Shown: positions 27,234 to 35,084 of the stretch, piece by piece
Layout: each line of letters begins with the position of its first letter
Position numbering within the stretch: the first letter of the stretch is position 1
NCBI GenBank assembly: GCA_937873795.1
Contig: CALMWE010000197.1
Location: forward strand, 1-43,993
Source: an uncultured Bacillales bacterium
GTDB taxonomy: Bacteria > Bacillota_I > Bacilli_A > RFN20 > CAG-826
Direction of reading: 5' to 3'
DNA length: 43,993 bases
The notes under the pieces: generated by a model
Seen by the model: the letters and a program-made list of their open reading frames with translations, nothing else
Databases searched by the model: none
What the model was told of the DNA's origin: nothing
Made by a program: the position numbers and the translations under genes

Positions 27234-27954
27234 GGGGGCCCCTTTCCAGCGTGGCGGCAATGATGGATAACGCATAAAGCGCCGCAGTTTCGCTTCTTAA
27301 AATACGTTTACCCAGAGACACGGATTGATAACCCGCTTTGTTTGCGTAATTCACTTCATCGAGTGAAAAGCCGCCTTCCGCACCGATGATGATGCCGACG
27401 CTTCCGCCTTGGGGTAAACCGTTCATGAATGTCTCAAGGTTATGCGAGGTCATGGCTTCGCCTTCATAAGCGATGGCCATGCGATCGAAATGATACTTGT
27501 TAATGGCTTTGAAGGGAATAATGCCTTCAAACACGGGAAGCACGTTACGGAGTGATTGCTCCGCCGCTTCCTTGATAATCTTAGAATAACGGGCGATTTT
27601 CTTCTCGTGGTCTTCCGGAGATGGACGGACGATGGTCCTCTCGGAAATCAAACCAATGATTGAAGATACGCCGAGCTCGGTGGCTTTTTGTACGACCCAA
27701 TCAGTCTTTTCGCCTTTGGCTAAGGCATACAAAAGCGTGACTTTGCAGGGAAGTTCACGATTGACGTCCAAAGCTTTGACGACCTTGACCGTCAACGGTT
27801 TTAAGCTGCTGATTTGGCAAGCGTAAACGATGCCCTTGTCGACCACTTCCAAAGGGTCGCCGAGGCCCATCCGCATGACATGGCTGATATGAAATAAATC
27901 CTCGTCCGAAAGAAGGGCAATGCCTTCCTTGATCGAGGCAAAGTAGCGTTGCAT
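27226..27954 (-). CDS. rsmE: 16S rRNA (uracil1498-N3)-methyltransferase RsmE
   Basis: Shows an RsmE/SPOUT pattern: N-terminal PUA-like HISHVMRM, C-terminal IIIGAEGGFS..E, and LG.RILR.ETAAL. Confidence 0.85.
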   Translation of the reverse strand: MQRYFASIKEGIALLSDEDLFHISHVMRMGLGDPLEVVDKGIVYACQISSLKPLTVKVVKALDVNRELPCKVTLLYALAKGEKTDWVVQKATELGVSSIIGLISERTIVRPSPEDHEKKIARYSKIIKEAAEQSLRNVLPVFEGIIPFKAINKYHFDRMAIAYEGEAMTSHNLETFMNGLPQGGSVGIIIGAEGGFSLDEVNYANKAGYQSVSLGKRILRSETAALYALSIIAATLERGPHE

Positions 27955-28370
27955 TATTTCAAGTATTCCCCGCGAGCGTCTTTTTGATCATGGGGAATCA
28001 AATAATTAATACCCAGTCCGAGGTGCCAAAGCACGAGCAAGGTGCCGCCGATCCAAAGGGCCAACGGAGTCGCCCGGAAAATAATCATACAAGCCACCAC
28101 GGCCACATTCAAAACCGCCCAGACAATACCGGTCTTCTTAAATCCAAGATAGAAAAAAGGCGCACCGCTGAAACCTAAGAAAAATCCGAAAACAGCCGCT
28201 AAAATACGGCTTTTTTGTTTCACAAGTTTATATTCGGGATCGACGGGTTTGAACGTATCCGTGAAATCCACATGTTCATCTTGATTTCCTAATGGGTTCG
28301 GGGTTTGGCAAATAGGGCAAATTTTCTCCCCTTTGTCCAACAGCGTTCCACAGTTTTTACAAGTCGGCAT
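27954..28370 (-). CDS. Zinc-ribbon plus TM2-domain membrane protein
   Basis: The N-terminal CKNCG...CPICQ zinc ribbon is followed by the TM2-like motif AAVFGFFLGFSGAPFFYLG and a second TM helix. I chose the ATG at 28368-28370, 9 nt after GAGGAG. The upstream GTG and ATG are too close to the RBS. Confidence 0.65.
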   Translation of the reverse strand: MPTCKNCGTLLDKGEKICPICQTPNPLGNQDEHVDFTDTFKPVDPEYKLVKQKSRILAAVFGFFLGFSGAPFFYLGFKKTGIVWAVLNVAVVACMIIFRATPLALWIGGTLLVLWHLGLGINYLIPHDQKDARGEYLK

Positions 28371-28393
28371 TTTCATCACTCCTCGTTTTTTTC

Positions 28394-28402
28394 ATTATAG
28401 CA
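28394..28402 (-). promoter_or_regulatory. Candidate extended -10 promoter (TGcTATAAT) for the TM2-rsmE-orf-mtaB unit
   Basis: The minus strand reads gattgtTGcTATAATgaaaaaaacgaggag, immediately downstream of the dnaJ terminator. Confidence 0.4.
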
Positions 28403-28422
28403 ACAATCGCACAAAGTAGGAC

Positions 28423-28448
28423 AAAGAAAAAGTGCTTTTCAGCACTTA
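28423..28448 (-). terminator. Rho-independent terminator after dnaJ
   Basis: The minus strand reads AAGTGCT-gaaa-AGCACTT followed by TTTTCTTT. Confidence 0.65.
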
Positions 28449-28450
28449 TT

Positions 28451-29581
28451 CTATTTACGGAACGAATTCTTGAATTTTTCCCAGGTCGACTCGCTCCGCG
28501 GTTCGGAATCTTTGAAGCGTTGGAGCAAATCGCGTTGTTCGCGCGAAAGGTTCGATGGGGTCTTAACATCCAAGTGAATGTATTGGTCGCCGTAACGGTC
28601 TCCGCCACGGATATCATGCACGCCCTTGCCTTTGACTTTCAAGGTCTGGTCGGGTTGCGTTCCCGCGGGGATTTTCAAGGTCACATCGCCATACACCGTC
28701 GGGACATCCAACGTGGTTCCCAAAGCGGCATCGACGAAGCTGATTGGAATGGTGATATGGATATCGTTGCCATCCCGGGTAAAGTAAGGATGTTTGTCGA
28801 CGAGGATTTCAATGAATAAATCGCCGTTGGGACCGCCATTATTGCCACGTTCGCCTTTACCGGAAACACGGATTTGTTGACCCGCGGCAATGCCGGAAGG
28901 AACGTTGATTTCAATGTCGGATTTGACACGGTTGTAACCCGCGCCATGGCAATTGTCGCATTGGGCACGGATGGTTTTCCCGGTTCCGTGGCAGGTCGGA
29001 CAGACGCTTTGGCTTTCGAAAGTCCCAAGAATGGTTTGTTGGCGTGTACGGACCGTACCACTTCCGTGGCAGGTCGGACAGGTTTCGATGTCGCTGGCGG
29101 AACGGGCTCCGGTGCCACCGCACTTGACGCACGGTTCATCGTAGGTGACCGGTAACTTGATGTGTTTGCCGTTAATGGCGTCCATGAACGAAATCTTGAC
29201 GCGCATGAACGAATCGGCTCCGCGTTGGGGTCCGGTAGGAGACGATCTCCGGCGCGAGGAACCGCCACCGAAGAACGACCCGAATAAGTCGCCCAGGTCG
29301 ACGTCTTGGAAGCCTTGACCGCCGAATCCTTGGAACGGATTTTGTCCGCCGTTTTGATCAAAAGCGGCATGGCCGAATTGGTCATACGTGGCTCTTTTTT
29401 GGTCGTCGTAAAGCACTTCATAGGCTTCTTGGACTTCCTTGAATTTTTCTTCTGCCCCGGGCTCTTTATTCACGTCCGGGTGGTATTTTTTAGCGAGTTG
29501 CCGGTAAGCCGCTTTGATTTCGTCTTTGCTTGCGCCTTTTTTGACGCCCAGCACCTCGTAATAATCCCGTTTGGTTGCCAT
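28451..29581 (-). CDS. dnaJ: Molecular chaperone DnaJ
   Basis: Has a J-domain with the HPD motif (KYHPDVNK), a G/F-rich linker, and four CxxCxGxG zinc-finger repeats. Confidence 0.93.
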   Translation of the reverse strand: MATKRDYYEVLGVKKGASKDEIKAAYRQLAKKYHPDVNKEPGAEEKFKEVQEAYEVLYDDQKRATYDQFGHAAFDQNGGQNPFQGFGGQGFQDVDLGDLFGSFFGGGSSRRRSSPTGPQRGADSFMRVKISFMDAINGKHIKLPVTYDEPCVKCGGTGARSASDIETCPTCHGSGTVRTRQQTILGTFESQSVCPTCHGTGKTIRAQCDNCHGAGYNRVKSDIEINVPSGIAAGQQIRVSGKGERGNNGGPNGDLFIEILVDKHPYFTRDGNDIHITIPISFVDAALGTTLDVPTVYGDVTLKIPAGTQPDQTLKVKGKGVHDIRGGDRYGDQYIHLDVKTPSNLSREQRDLLQRFKDSEPRSESTWEKFKNSFRK

Positions 29582-29603
29582 GCTGCTCCTTTCCGAACAA
29601 CAA

Positions 29604-29620
29604 GGGGCACTATGTGCCCC
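29604..29620 (-). terminator. GC-rich hairpin between dnaK and dnaJ (partial terminator or processing site)
   Basis: GGGGCAC-tat-GTGCCCC, followed on the minus strand by TTGTTGTT and then the dnaJ RBS. Confidence 0.4.
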
Positions 29621-29637
29621 AAGTCATCCATGTTGCG

Positions 29638-31476
29638 TTAGTTCTTCTTCTCGGTGAAGTCGGCGTCAATGACGTCGTCGTCGCCTTTTTTGTCTTCCTT
29701 CGGTTGAGCTTCAGGGCCTTTTCCGTTGGGTTTTTGTTGCGCTTGCGCAGAGGCCATGTATTCGGCGGCCTTTTCGAGGTCCCCGATCTTTTGGCGGAGC
29801 GTCGCAATGTCGTTTTTTTCCAAAGCCGTCTTGAGTTCATCGCGCAGCTTCATGGTCTCTTCTTTTTGCTTGGGGTCGAGACCTTCGCCTTTTTCGGCCA
29901 TCGCTTGGTCGATCGAGTTGATGTATTGTTCGGCTTTGTTCTTGAGTTCGACTTCTTCTTTGCGTTTTTCGTCGGCTTCTTTGTTTTCTTCGGCTTCACG
30001 CACCATGCGATCGATATCGGACTTGCTTAAGCCGGTCGTGCCGGAGATGGTGATTTGTTGTTCTTTTTGGCTATCGAGGTCTTTGGCCGTGACTTTCACG
30101 ATGCCGTTGACGTCGATGCTGAAGGTGACTTCGATACGGGGTTCGCCGCGACGGGCGGGTTTAATGCCATCGAGCTTGAAGTGACCAAGTAACTTATTGT
30201 CGCGGGCCATCGGGCGTTCGCCTTGATAGACCATGATATCGACGGCCGGTTGATTGTCCGCGGCGGTCGAGAAGATTTGGCTCTTCGTGGTCGGGATGGT
30301 CGTGTTGCGGGGAATGAGCGGAGTCATGACTTCACCCATGGTTTCAATACCGAGGGTTAACGGCGTGACGTCGAGTAAGACGACATCCTTGACATCGCCC
30401 GAGACGACTGCACCTTGAATGGAGGCACCGATCGAGACGGCTTCATCGGGGTTGACCGACAAATTCGGGTTCTTGCCAAGCATCGATTTGACTAAGTCTT
30501 GGACGGCGGGCATCCGGATGGAACCGCCGATGAGCAGGACGTTATTGATATCGTTCGCGGTTAATTTGGCATCAGCCAAAGCACGGCGGACCGGTTCTTC
30601 GCAACGTTTGAGCAGATGTTTGGTCATATCTTGGAATTTAGCGCGCGATAAGCGGGTTTCAAAGCTGATCGGGCCACTGGAGGACATACCGATGAACGGT
30701 AAAGAAATGGTCGTTTCAAGTTGTCCGGACAGTTCGATTTTGGCTTTTTCGCCGGCTTCTTTGAAGCGTTGGAGCGCCATCTTGTCGTTGAGTTCGACAC
30801 CGAATTGGAGACGGATTTGTTCTTTGATCCAAGCGCTGACAACATCATCCCAGTCGTCGCCGCCGAGGTGGTTATCGCCACTGGTCGTGACGACTTCGAA
30901 GGTGCCATCGCCGATTTCGAGAATGCTGACATCGAACGTACCACCGCCCAAATCGAACACGAGGATGCGTTCGGATTTGCGGGTTTCCATGCCATAAGCC
31001 AAAGCCGCTGCAGTCGGTTCGTTGATGATCCGGACGACGTCCAAACCGGCGATGCGGCCGGCATCTTTGGTGGCTTGACGTTGCGCGTCGTTGAAGTAAG
31101 CCGGGCAAGTAATGACGGCTTTCTTGACGGGGTGACCCAAGTGGGCTTCCGCGTAACTCTTCATGTAGGCTAAGACTTTCGCGCTGATTTCTTGCGGCGA
31201 AAAGTCCTTGTTGATCGCAGGAATATGAACTTTGACGTCGGTACCCATCTTGCGTTTGATGGATGCGACGGTGTTTTCCGGGTTGGTGACGGCTTGCCGT
31301 TTGGCGGCGTCGCCGACGATTTCTTCGCCGGAGGCTTTAAAGGCCACGATCGAAGGGGTCGTGTTATGTCCTTCGGGGTTGGGGATGACTTTCACTTTGC
31401 CATCCGCTTGTAAATAGGAGACGACGGAGTTCGTCGTTCCAAGGTCAATACCAATAATAACTTCTTTTTGTGCCAT
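29638..31476 (-). CDS. dnaK: Molecular chaperone DnaK (Hsp70)
   Basis: Canonical Hsp70 signatures are present: [22 protein letters not shown] and [11 protein letters not shown]. Confidence 0.95.
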   Translation of the reverse strand: MAQKEVIIGIDLGTTNSVVSYLQADGKVKVIPNPEGHNTTPSIVAFKASGEEIVGDAAKRQAVTNPENTVASIKRKMGTDVKVHIPAINKDFSPQEISAKVLAYMKSYAEAHLGHPVKKAVITCPAYFNDAQRQATKDAGRIAGLDVVRIINEPTAAALAYGMETRKSERILVFDLGGGTFDVSILEIGDGTFEVVTTSGDNHLGGDDWDDVVSAWIKEQIRLQFGVELNDKMALQRFKEAGEKAKIELSGQLETTISLPFIGMSSSGPISFETRLSRAKFQDMTKHLLKRCEEPVRRALADAKLTANDINNVLLIGGSIRMPAVQDLVKSMLGKNPNLSVNPDEAVSIGASIQGAVVSGDVKDVVLLDVTPLTLGIETMGEVMTPLIPRNTTIPTTKSQIFSTAADNQPAVDIMVYQGERPMARDNKLLGHFKLDGIKPARRGEPRIEVTFSIDVNGIVKVTAKDLDSQKEQQITISGTTGLSKSDIDRMVREAEENKEADEKRKEEVELKNKAEQYINSIDQAMAEKGEGLDPKQKEETMKLRDELKTALEKNDIATLRQKIGDLEKAAEYMASAQAQQKPNGKGPEAQPKEDKKGDDDVIDADFTEKKN

Positions 31477-31491
31477 AAATATTCTCCTTTA

Positions 31492-32139
31492 CTAAGCGTC
31501 TTTACGAGCGCTTTCTTCTTTCTTTTCTTCGGTCGTTTCCTCGGGTTTCGGCTCTTCTTTTTTGGGCTCTTCCGCGGGAACAACTTTGGCTTTGCTGACA
31601 ACCACCATCGCCGAACGGACCATGCGGTCTTTCAGCTGGTAGCCTTTCGCCAAGACTTTGACGACTTTGTTGGCGGGACCGTCGCTTTCGACGGCTTCCA
31701 CCGCGTGCATCGTGTTGACGTCGAAGTCGCTTCCGAGTTTGGGATCGATCTCTTTGACGCCTTCTTCATCGAGGACATTGGTCAGTTGCCGGTAGATGTA
31801 TTCGAAGCCGACTAAGTAGTTGCGGACTTCGGGGGTTGGGTTTCCCATCGTCAAGGCGATATGGAAACTATCCAACGGCATAATCAGTTTCTCGACAAAT
31901 CCCATGGCCCGATACTTGAGTGCTTCGGCATACGATTTCTCGTTTTGCTTACGCAGGTTGGCCATATCGGCGAAGGCCATGTAGTACTTGTTTTTCCAGT
32001 CATCGGATTCGGCTTGGACTTTTTTGAGTTCCTCTTCGAGGGCGGCGATCCGTTTTTCGGCTTTTTTATCGATCTTTTCTTCTTTTTTCTCCTCTTTGGG
32101 GATTTCGCTTTCGCTAGCTTTCTTTTTTTCTTCGGTCAT
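31492..32139 (-). CDS. grpE: Nucleotide exchange factor GrpE (charged N- and C-terminal extensions)
   Basis: Has a coiled-coil region, a GrpE core (YMAFADMANLRKQ..., KGYQLKDRMVRSAMVVV), and operon context. There is an ATGA overlap with hrcA. Confidence 0.9.
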   Translation of the reverse strand: MTEEKKKASESEIPKEEKKEEKIDKKAEKRIAALEEELKKVQAESDDWKNKYYMAFADMANLRKQNEKSYAEALKYRAMGFVEKLIMPLDSFHIALTMGNPTPEVRNYLVGFEYIYRQLTNVLDEEGVKEIDPKLGSDFDVNTMHAVEAVESDGPANKVVKVLAKGYQLKDRMVRSAMVVVSKAKVVPAEEPKKEEPKPEETTEEKKEESARKDA

Positions 32140-33167
32140 TTCTTCTTACTCTCCTTTTGATCTTGTTGGTTGAAGTATTCGCTTAAGGCTTTGGCTACGT
32201 ACTCGAGGGCGTTCACGACCTTGTCATAGTCCATGCGGGTGGGCCCGACCAGTGCGATCGTGCCTTCGGACGCACCATGGATTTTGACTTTGCTCGTAAT
32301 CACGGAAACGTCATCATACTGCTCGCCGAGATTGCCGATGTTGATCGTCACACGGTCATCCTTGGGGCTGACTTCACGGAAAATGGACGGGGAGTCGAGC
32401 AATTCGAGCATACGCTTCAATTTGTCGGCGTCATGGGCAAATTCCGGTTGCGTGAAGAGTTCGTTTTTGCCATAGAGACTCAAGCGGTCGCTGGCAAAAC
32501 GTAAGAACGCTTGGGCGAAGGCTTGATAAAGGGCGTCGTGTTTGGTCACAAAGTCATCGATTAAGGGGCGAATCGCTTCCATTTTGTGGACGAGATCGCT
32601 GACCGCGGTGCCTTTGAGACGTTCGTTGAGGATTTGGACGCATTTTTCGATGTCGTTGGCGGACATCGTTTCGGACAAGACGAAGGTTTTGTTCTCGACA
32701 TATCCCTTATCCGTCACAAACACCGCAGTCGCGGTATTGGGGCCAATGGGGAAGACTTGCAAGGAAACCAAGTGTTCGTCGTTGGCGTTGGGGCCTAAGA
32801 CGATGGAAGCGAGGTTGGTCATGTGGGAGAGAATCTCGCACGATTCCTTAATCACTTCTTCAATCGATTGGGCTTTTTTGTCCAACAGGATTTGCAGTTG
32901 TTGTTTGATATCATCGTCGACGCTCTTGCTACGCAAGTTGTCGCAATAGTAACGGTAACCTTCGGAGCTCGGGACGCGGCCGCTGGAGGTATGCGTCTTT
33001 TCCAAGAGGCCATCTTCTTCAAGCGCGTTCATTTCGCTGCGGATCGTGGCGCTCGAAAAAGGCAAATGATATTCGTCAATCAAGGTTTGGCTTCCGACGG
33101 GGGACGCCGTTTTGATGAAATGCTCGACAATCAGTTTGAGGATATTATCGCGTCGGTTCAATTCCAT
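32136..33167 (-). CDS. hrcA: Heat-inducible transcription repressor HrcA
   Basis: The N-terminal wHTH is PVGSQTLIDEYHLPFSSATIRSEMNALEEDGLLEKTHTSSGRVPS. I placed the start at the ATG at 33165-33167, after AGAGGTG. The ORF-track start at 33188 lies inside the CIRCE operator. Confidence 0.9.
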   Translation of the reverse strand: MELNRRDNILKLIVEHFIKTASPVGSQTLIDEYHLPFSSATIRSEMNALEEDGLLEKTHTSSGRVPSSEGYRYYCDNLRSKSVDDDIKQQLQILLDKKAQSIEEVIKESCEILSHMTNLASIVLGPNANDEHLVSLQVFPIGPNTATAVFVTDKGYVENKTFVLSETMSANDIEKCVQILNERLKGTAVSDLVHKMEAIRPLIDDFVTKHDALYQAFAQAFLRFASDRLSLYGKNELFTQPEFAHDADKLKRMLELLDSPSIFREVSPKDDRVTINIGNLGEQYDDVSVITSKVKIHGASEGTIALVGPTRMDYDKVVNALEYVAKALSEYFNQQDQKESKKK

Positions 33168-33179
33168 TGGGACACCTCT

Positions 33180-33206
33180 TTGGCACACTCTTTTCTGGAG
33201 TGCTAA
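33180..33206 (-). promoter_or_regulatory. CIRCE operator 1 (HrcA binding site)
   Basis: The minus strand reads TTAGCACTC-N9-GTGTGCCAA, against the consensus TTAGCACTC-N9-GAGTGCTAA. The left arm is perfect and the right arm has 2 mismatches. It lies between the -10 and the hrcA RBS. Confidence 0.75.
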
Positions 33207-33210
33207 CCCT

Positions 33211-33238
33211 AGTATAAAACAATTTTTGGCACTGTCAA
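33211..33238 (-). promoter_or_regulatory. Sigma-A-type promoter TTGACA-16-TATACT of the hrcA-grpE-dnaK-dnaJ operon
   Basis: The minus strand has TTGACA (33238-33233) and TATACT (33216-33211). It is sandwiched by and overlaps the two CIRCE elements. Confidence 0.55.
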
Positions 33239-33252
33239 CTAATAAGTGCTAA
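33226..33252 (-). promoter_or_regulatory. CIRCE operator 2 (overlaps the -35)
   Basis: The minus strand reads TTAGCACTT-N9-CAGTGCCAA, with 3 mismatches to the consensus inverted repeat. Confidence 0.6.
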
Positions 33253-33258
33253 AACGTC

Positions 33259-33284
33259 AAAAAAAAACATCCTTTGCGGATGTC
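33259..33284 (-). terminator. Rho-independent terminator after the RDD gene
   Basis: The minus strand reads ACATCC-gcaaa-GGATGT followed by T9. Confidence 0.7.
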
Positions 33285-33312
33285 TTTGTTTGATTTATAT
33301 CCTTTAAATATC

Positions 33313-33726
33313 TTAATGCCAGGTGCGGCGGTCGACGACGATGGTATCGGTCAGTTTATCGAAGATGGTCCGTTCGGTATGGACAATCAGCATGTACACA
33401 GCATTGACCACCACCCACGGGACGATGGATAAGGTGATGGAACGGATAAACGCATCGCGATAGGTGATGTCACGGTCATCCATATGTACCACTTTGATGC
33501 GGAAGATGGCACTGCCTAAGGTATAGCCGTTGCTCCACTTGAGCAAAATACCGCCGAAGAGCATATAGAAAAGCCCCATCAGAAGCTCCAAAATGACGAT
33601 TTGCACGACCACTGGGAGAAACCGAATCCAATCGACGAAGAACCACACCACGAAGGCACACCCGAGGCACAGTAAAATGTCCAACAAATACGCGAGCACG
33701 CGTCGTTCGTAACGGGCAATTTCCAT
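33313..33726 (-). CDS. RDD-family membrane protein
   Basis: Starts with the R..LAYLLD motif, has 3 TM helices, and has conserved Arg/Asp residues in the HMDDRDITYRDAFIRS region. I placed the start at the ATG at 33724-33726, after a GGAGG that overlaps the hemW stop. Confidence 0.7.
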   Translation of the reverse strand: MEIARYERRVLAYLLDILLCLGCAFVVWFFVDWIRFLPVVVQIVILELLMGLFYMLFGGILLKWSNGYTLGSAIFRIKVVHMDDRDITYRDAFIRSITLSIVPWVVVNAVYMLIVHTERTIFDKLTDTIVVDRRTWH

Positions 33727-33736
33727 GGGCGACCTC

Positions 33737-34846
33737 CTAACGTTTGAATAATTTGAGTAAGACGTAATCGAGCAACATAATACCTTCATCAGTGCATCGC
33801 ACTGCGTCGTTTTCGACCTGGAGCAGTCCGCGCTTCGTTAACTCTTGGACTTCCGTTTGATATTTGCCTAGAAACGCGACTTTGTAGCGACTTTCGAACT
33901 CCGGGAGCGTAAATCCTCGGGCTAAGCGAAGTTTCAGCATCAAGAAGTCGTTTTCGTCGATTTCGGGGCTGATCGGTTCAGTTTCTTTCCGATATTGTCC
34001 CTCCAAATAGGCTTTCATGTTGTCGGTGTTGACGTAACGGACACCGGCAAGGTATCCGGAAGCACCGAGGCCGATACCGTAATATTCGCGGTCATCCCAA
34101 TAGACGAGATTGTGGCGGGCATAATGGTCGTTTCGGGCGAAGTTGGAGACTTCGTAACGTTCATAGCCTTGGCTGCGTAAGGTTTTTAGAATCAGATCGT
34201 ACTGTTCACGGGCTAAATCTTCGCCGGCTTCGGGAATTTTGTGGCGATAGAACAAGGTTCCCGGAACGACGCTGAGGGCGTAACACGAGATGTGATCGAC
34301 ATCCAGTTCGATGAGATGGTTCAAATCGTAGGAGACATCTTCCAATGTTTCATTGGGAAGTCCGTACATCAGGTCGACATTGAGGTTTTCAAAGCCACAT
34401 TTCTTGGCTAAGGCGATCGTGTCGATGGCTTCTTGCGCTTTGTGGAATCGGTTCATTGCTTTCAAGCGTTCATCGGAGAACGTCTGTAAGCCGATACTGA
34501 GACGATTGACCCCCATCGCTTTCATCAACACCAGTTTTTCGCGGGTGATGTTTTCGACGTTGCCTTCGACCGTGAATTCGCCTCCCCGTTTGAGATGAGG
34601 TTTCAACGAAGAAAGTAACGTTTCCAGCTGGTTGAGGGTTAACGACGTCGGCGTTCCGCCACCGACGTAAATCGTGGTGACTTTGCCGACGCCATAAGAA
34701 GCGAGTTCCTTCACTAAAGCATCCACATACACGGTTGCCGTTTTTTCGTCATAAGTGCGCTTGGTAAAATCGCAATAATGGCAAAGATGGGAGCAAAACG
34801 GGATGTGGACGTAGAGGGCGTCGCTATTTGGTTTTCTTGTCCTCAT
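33737..34846 (-). CDS. hemW: Radical SAM heme chaperone HemW (oxygen-independent coproporphyrinogen oxidase-like, YqeR/HemN type)
   Basis: The YVHIPFCSHLCHYCDF radical SAM motif lies near the N-terminus, and the gene sits between lepA and hrcA as in Bacillus. The start is uncertain. I prefer the ATG at 34846, and 34882 is the alternative. Either overlaps the upstream small ORF. Confidence 0.85.
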   Translation of the reverse strand: MRTRKPNSDALYVHIPFCSHLCHYCDFTKRTYDEKTATVYVDALVKELASYGVGKVTTIYVGGGTPTSLTLNQLETLLSSLKPHLKRGGEFTVEGNVENITREKLVLMKAMGVNRLSIGLQTFSDERLKAMNRFHKAQEAIDTIALAKKCGFENLNVDLMYGLPNETLEDVSYDLNHLIELDVDHISCYALSVVPGTLFYRHKIPEAGEDLAREQYDLILKTLRSQGYERYEVSNFARNDHYARHNLVYWDDREYYGIGLGASGYLAGVRYVNTDNMKAYLEGQYRKETEPISPEIDENDFLMLKLRLARGFTLPEFESRYKVAFLGKYQTEVQELTKRGLLQVENDAVRCTDEGIMLLDYVLLKLFKR

Positions 34847-35069
34847 TGAACTTTTCCATCTCGGCCTTGGTCTTTTCGTCATCGACCGGGACGAGCATGC
34901 GGTCTAAGTCTTGTTGGGCCGCGGTTTCACGGTCAACTTTTTTGTCCTGATTGGTGAATGCTTTGACGTATTTACGAAGTAAATAAACGACCAAAACAAT
35001 GATGCCGAAAAAGGCGACGAGACCAACGATGATAAAGATAGGATTGTCTAATAAACTCGATAAGATCAT
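34824..35069 (-). CDS. Hypothetical N-terminally anchored small protein (81 aa) with a highly charged tail
   Basis: AAGGAG lies 8 nt upstream of the ATG. There is one TM helix (IFIIVGLVAFFGIIVLVVYLL) and then a K/D/E-rich tail. I recognised no family. Confidence 0.5.
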   Translation of the reverse strand: MILSSLLDNPIFIIVGLVAFFGIIVLVVYLLRKYVKAFTNQDKKVDRETAAQQDLDRMLVPVDDEKTKAEMEKFNEDKKTK

Positions 35070-35084
35070 ATGCGTTTCTCCTTC

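Noticed and set aside
28681-29421. A 246-aa same-strand ORF in an alternative frame inside dnaJ. Similar out-of-frame ORFs occur inside dnaK, parC, parE and lepA.
   Set aside because: It is out of frame with an unambiguous DnaJ sequence (J-domain, G/F region, four CxxCxGxG repeats), and its translation is Ser/Pro/Ala/Arg-rich nonsense.
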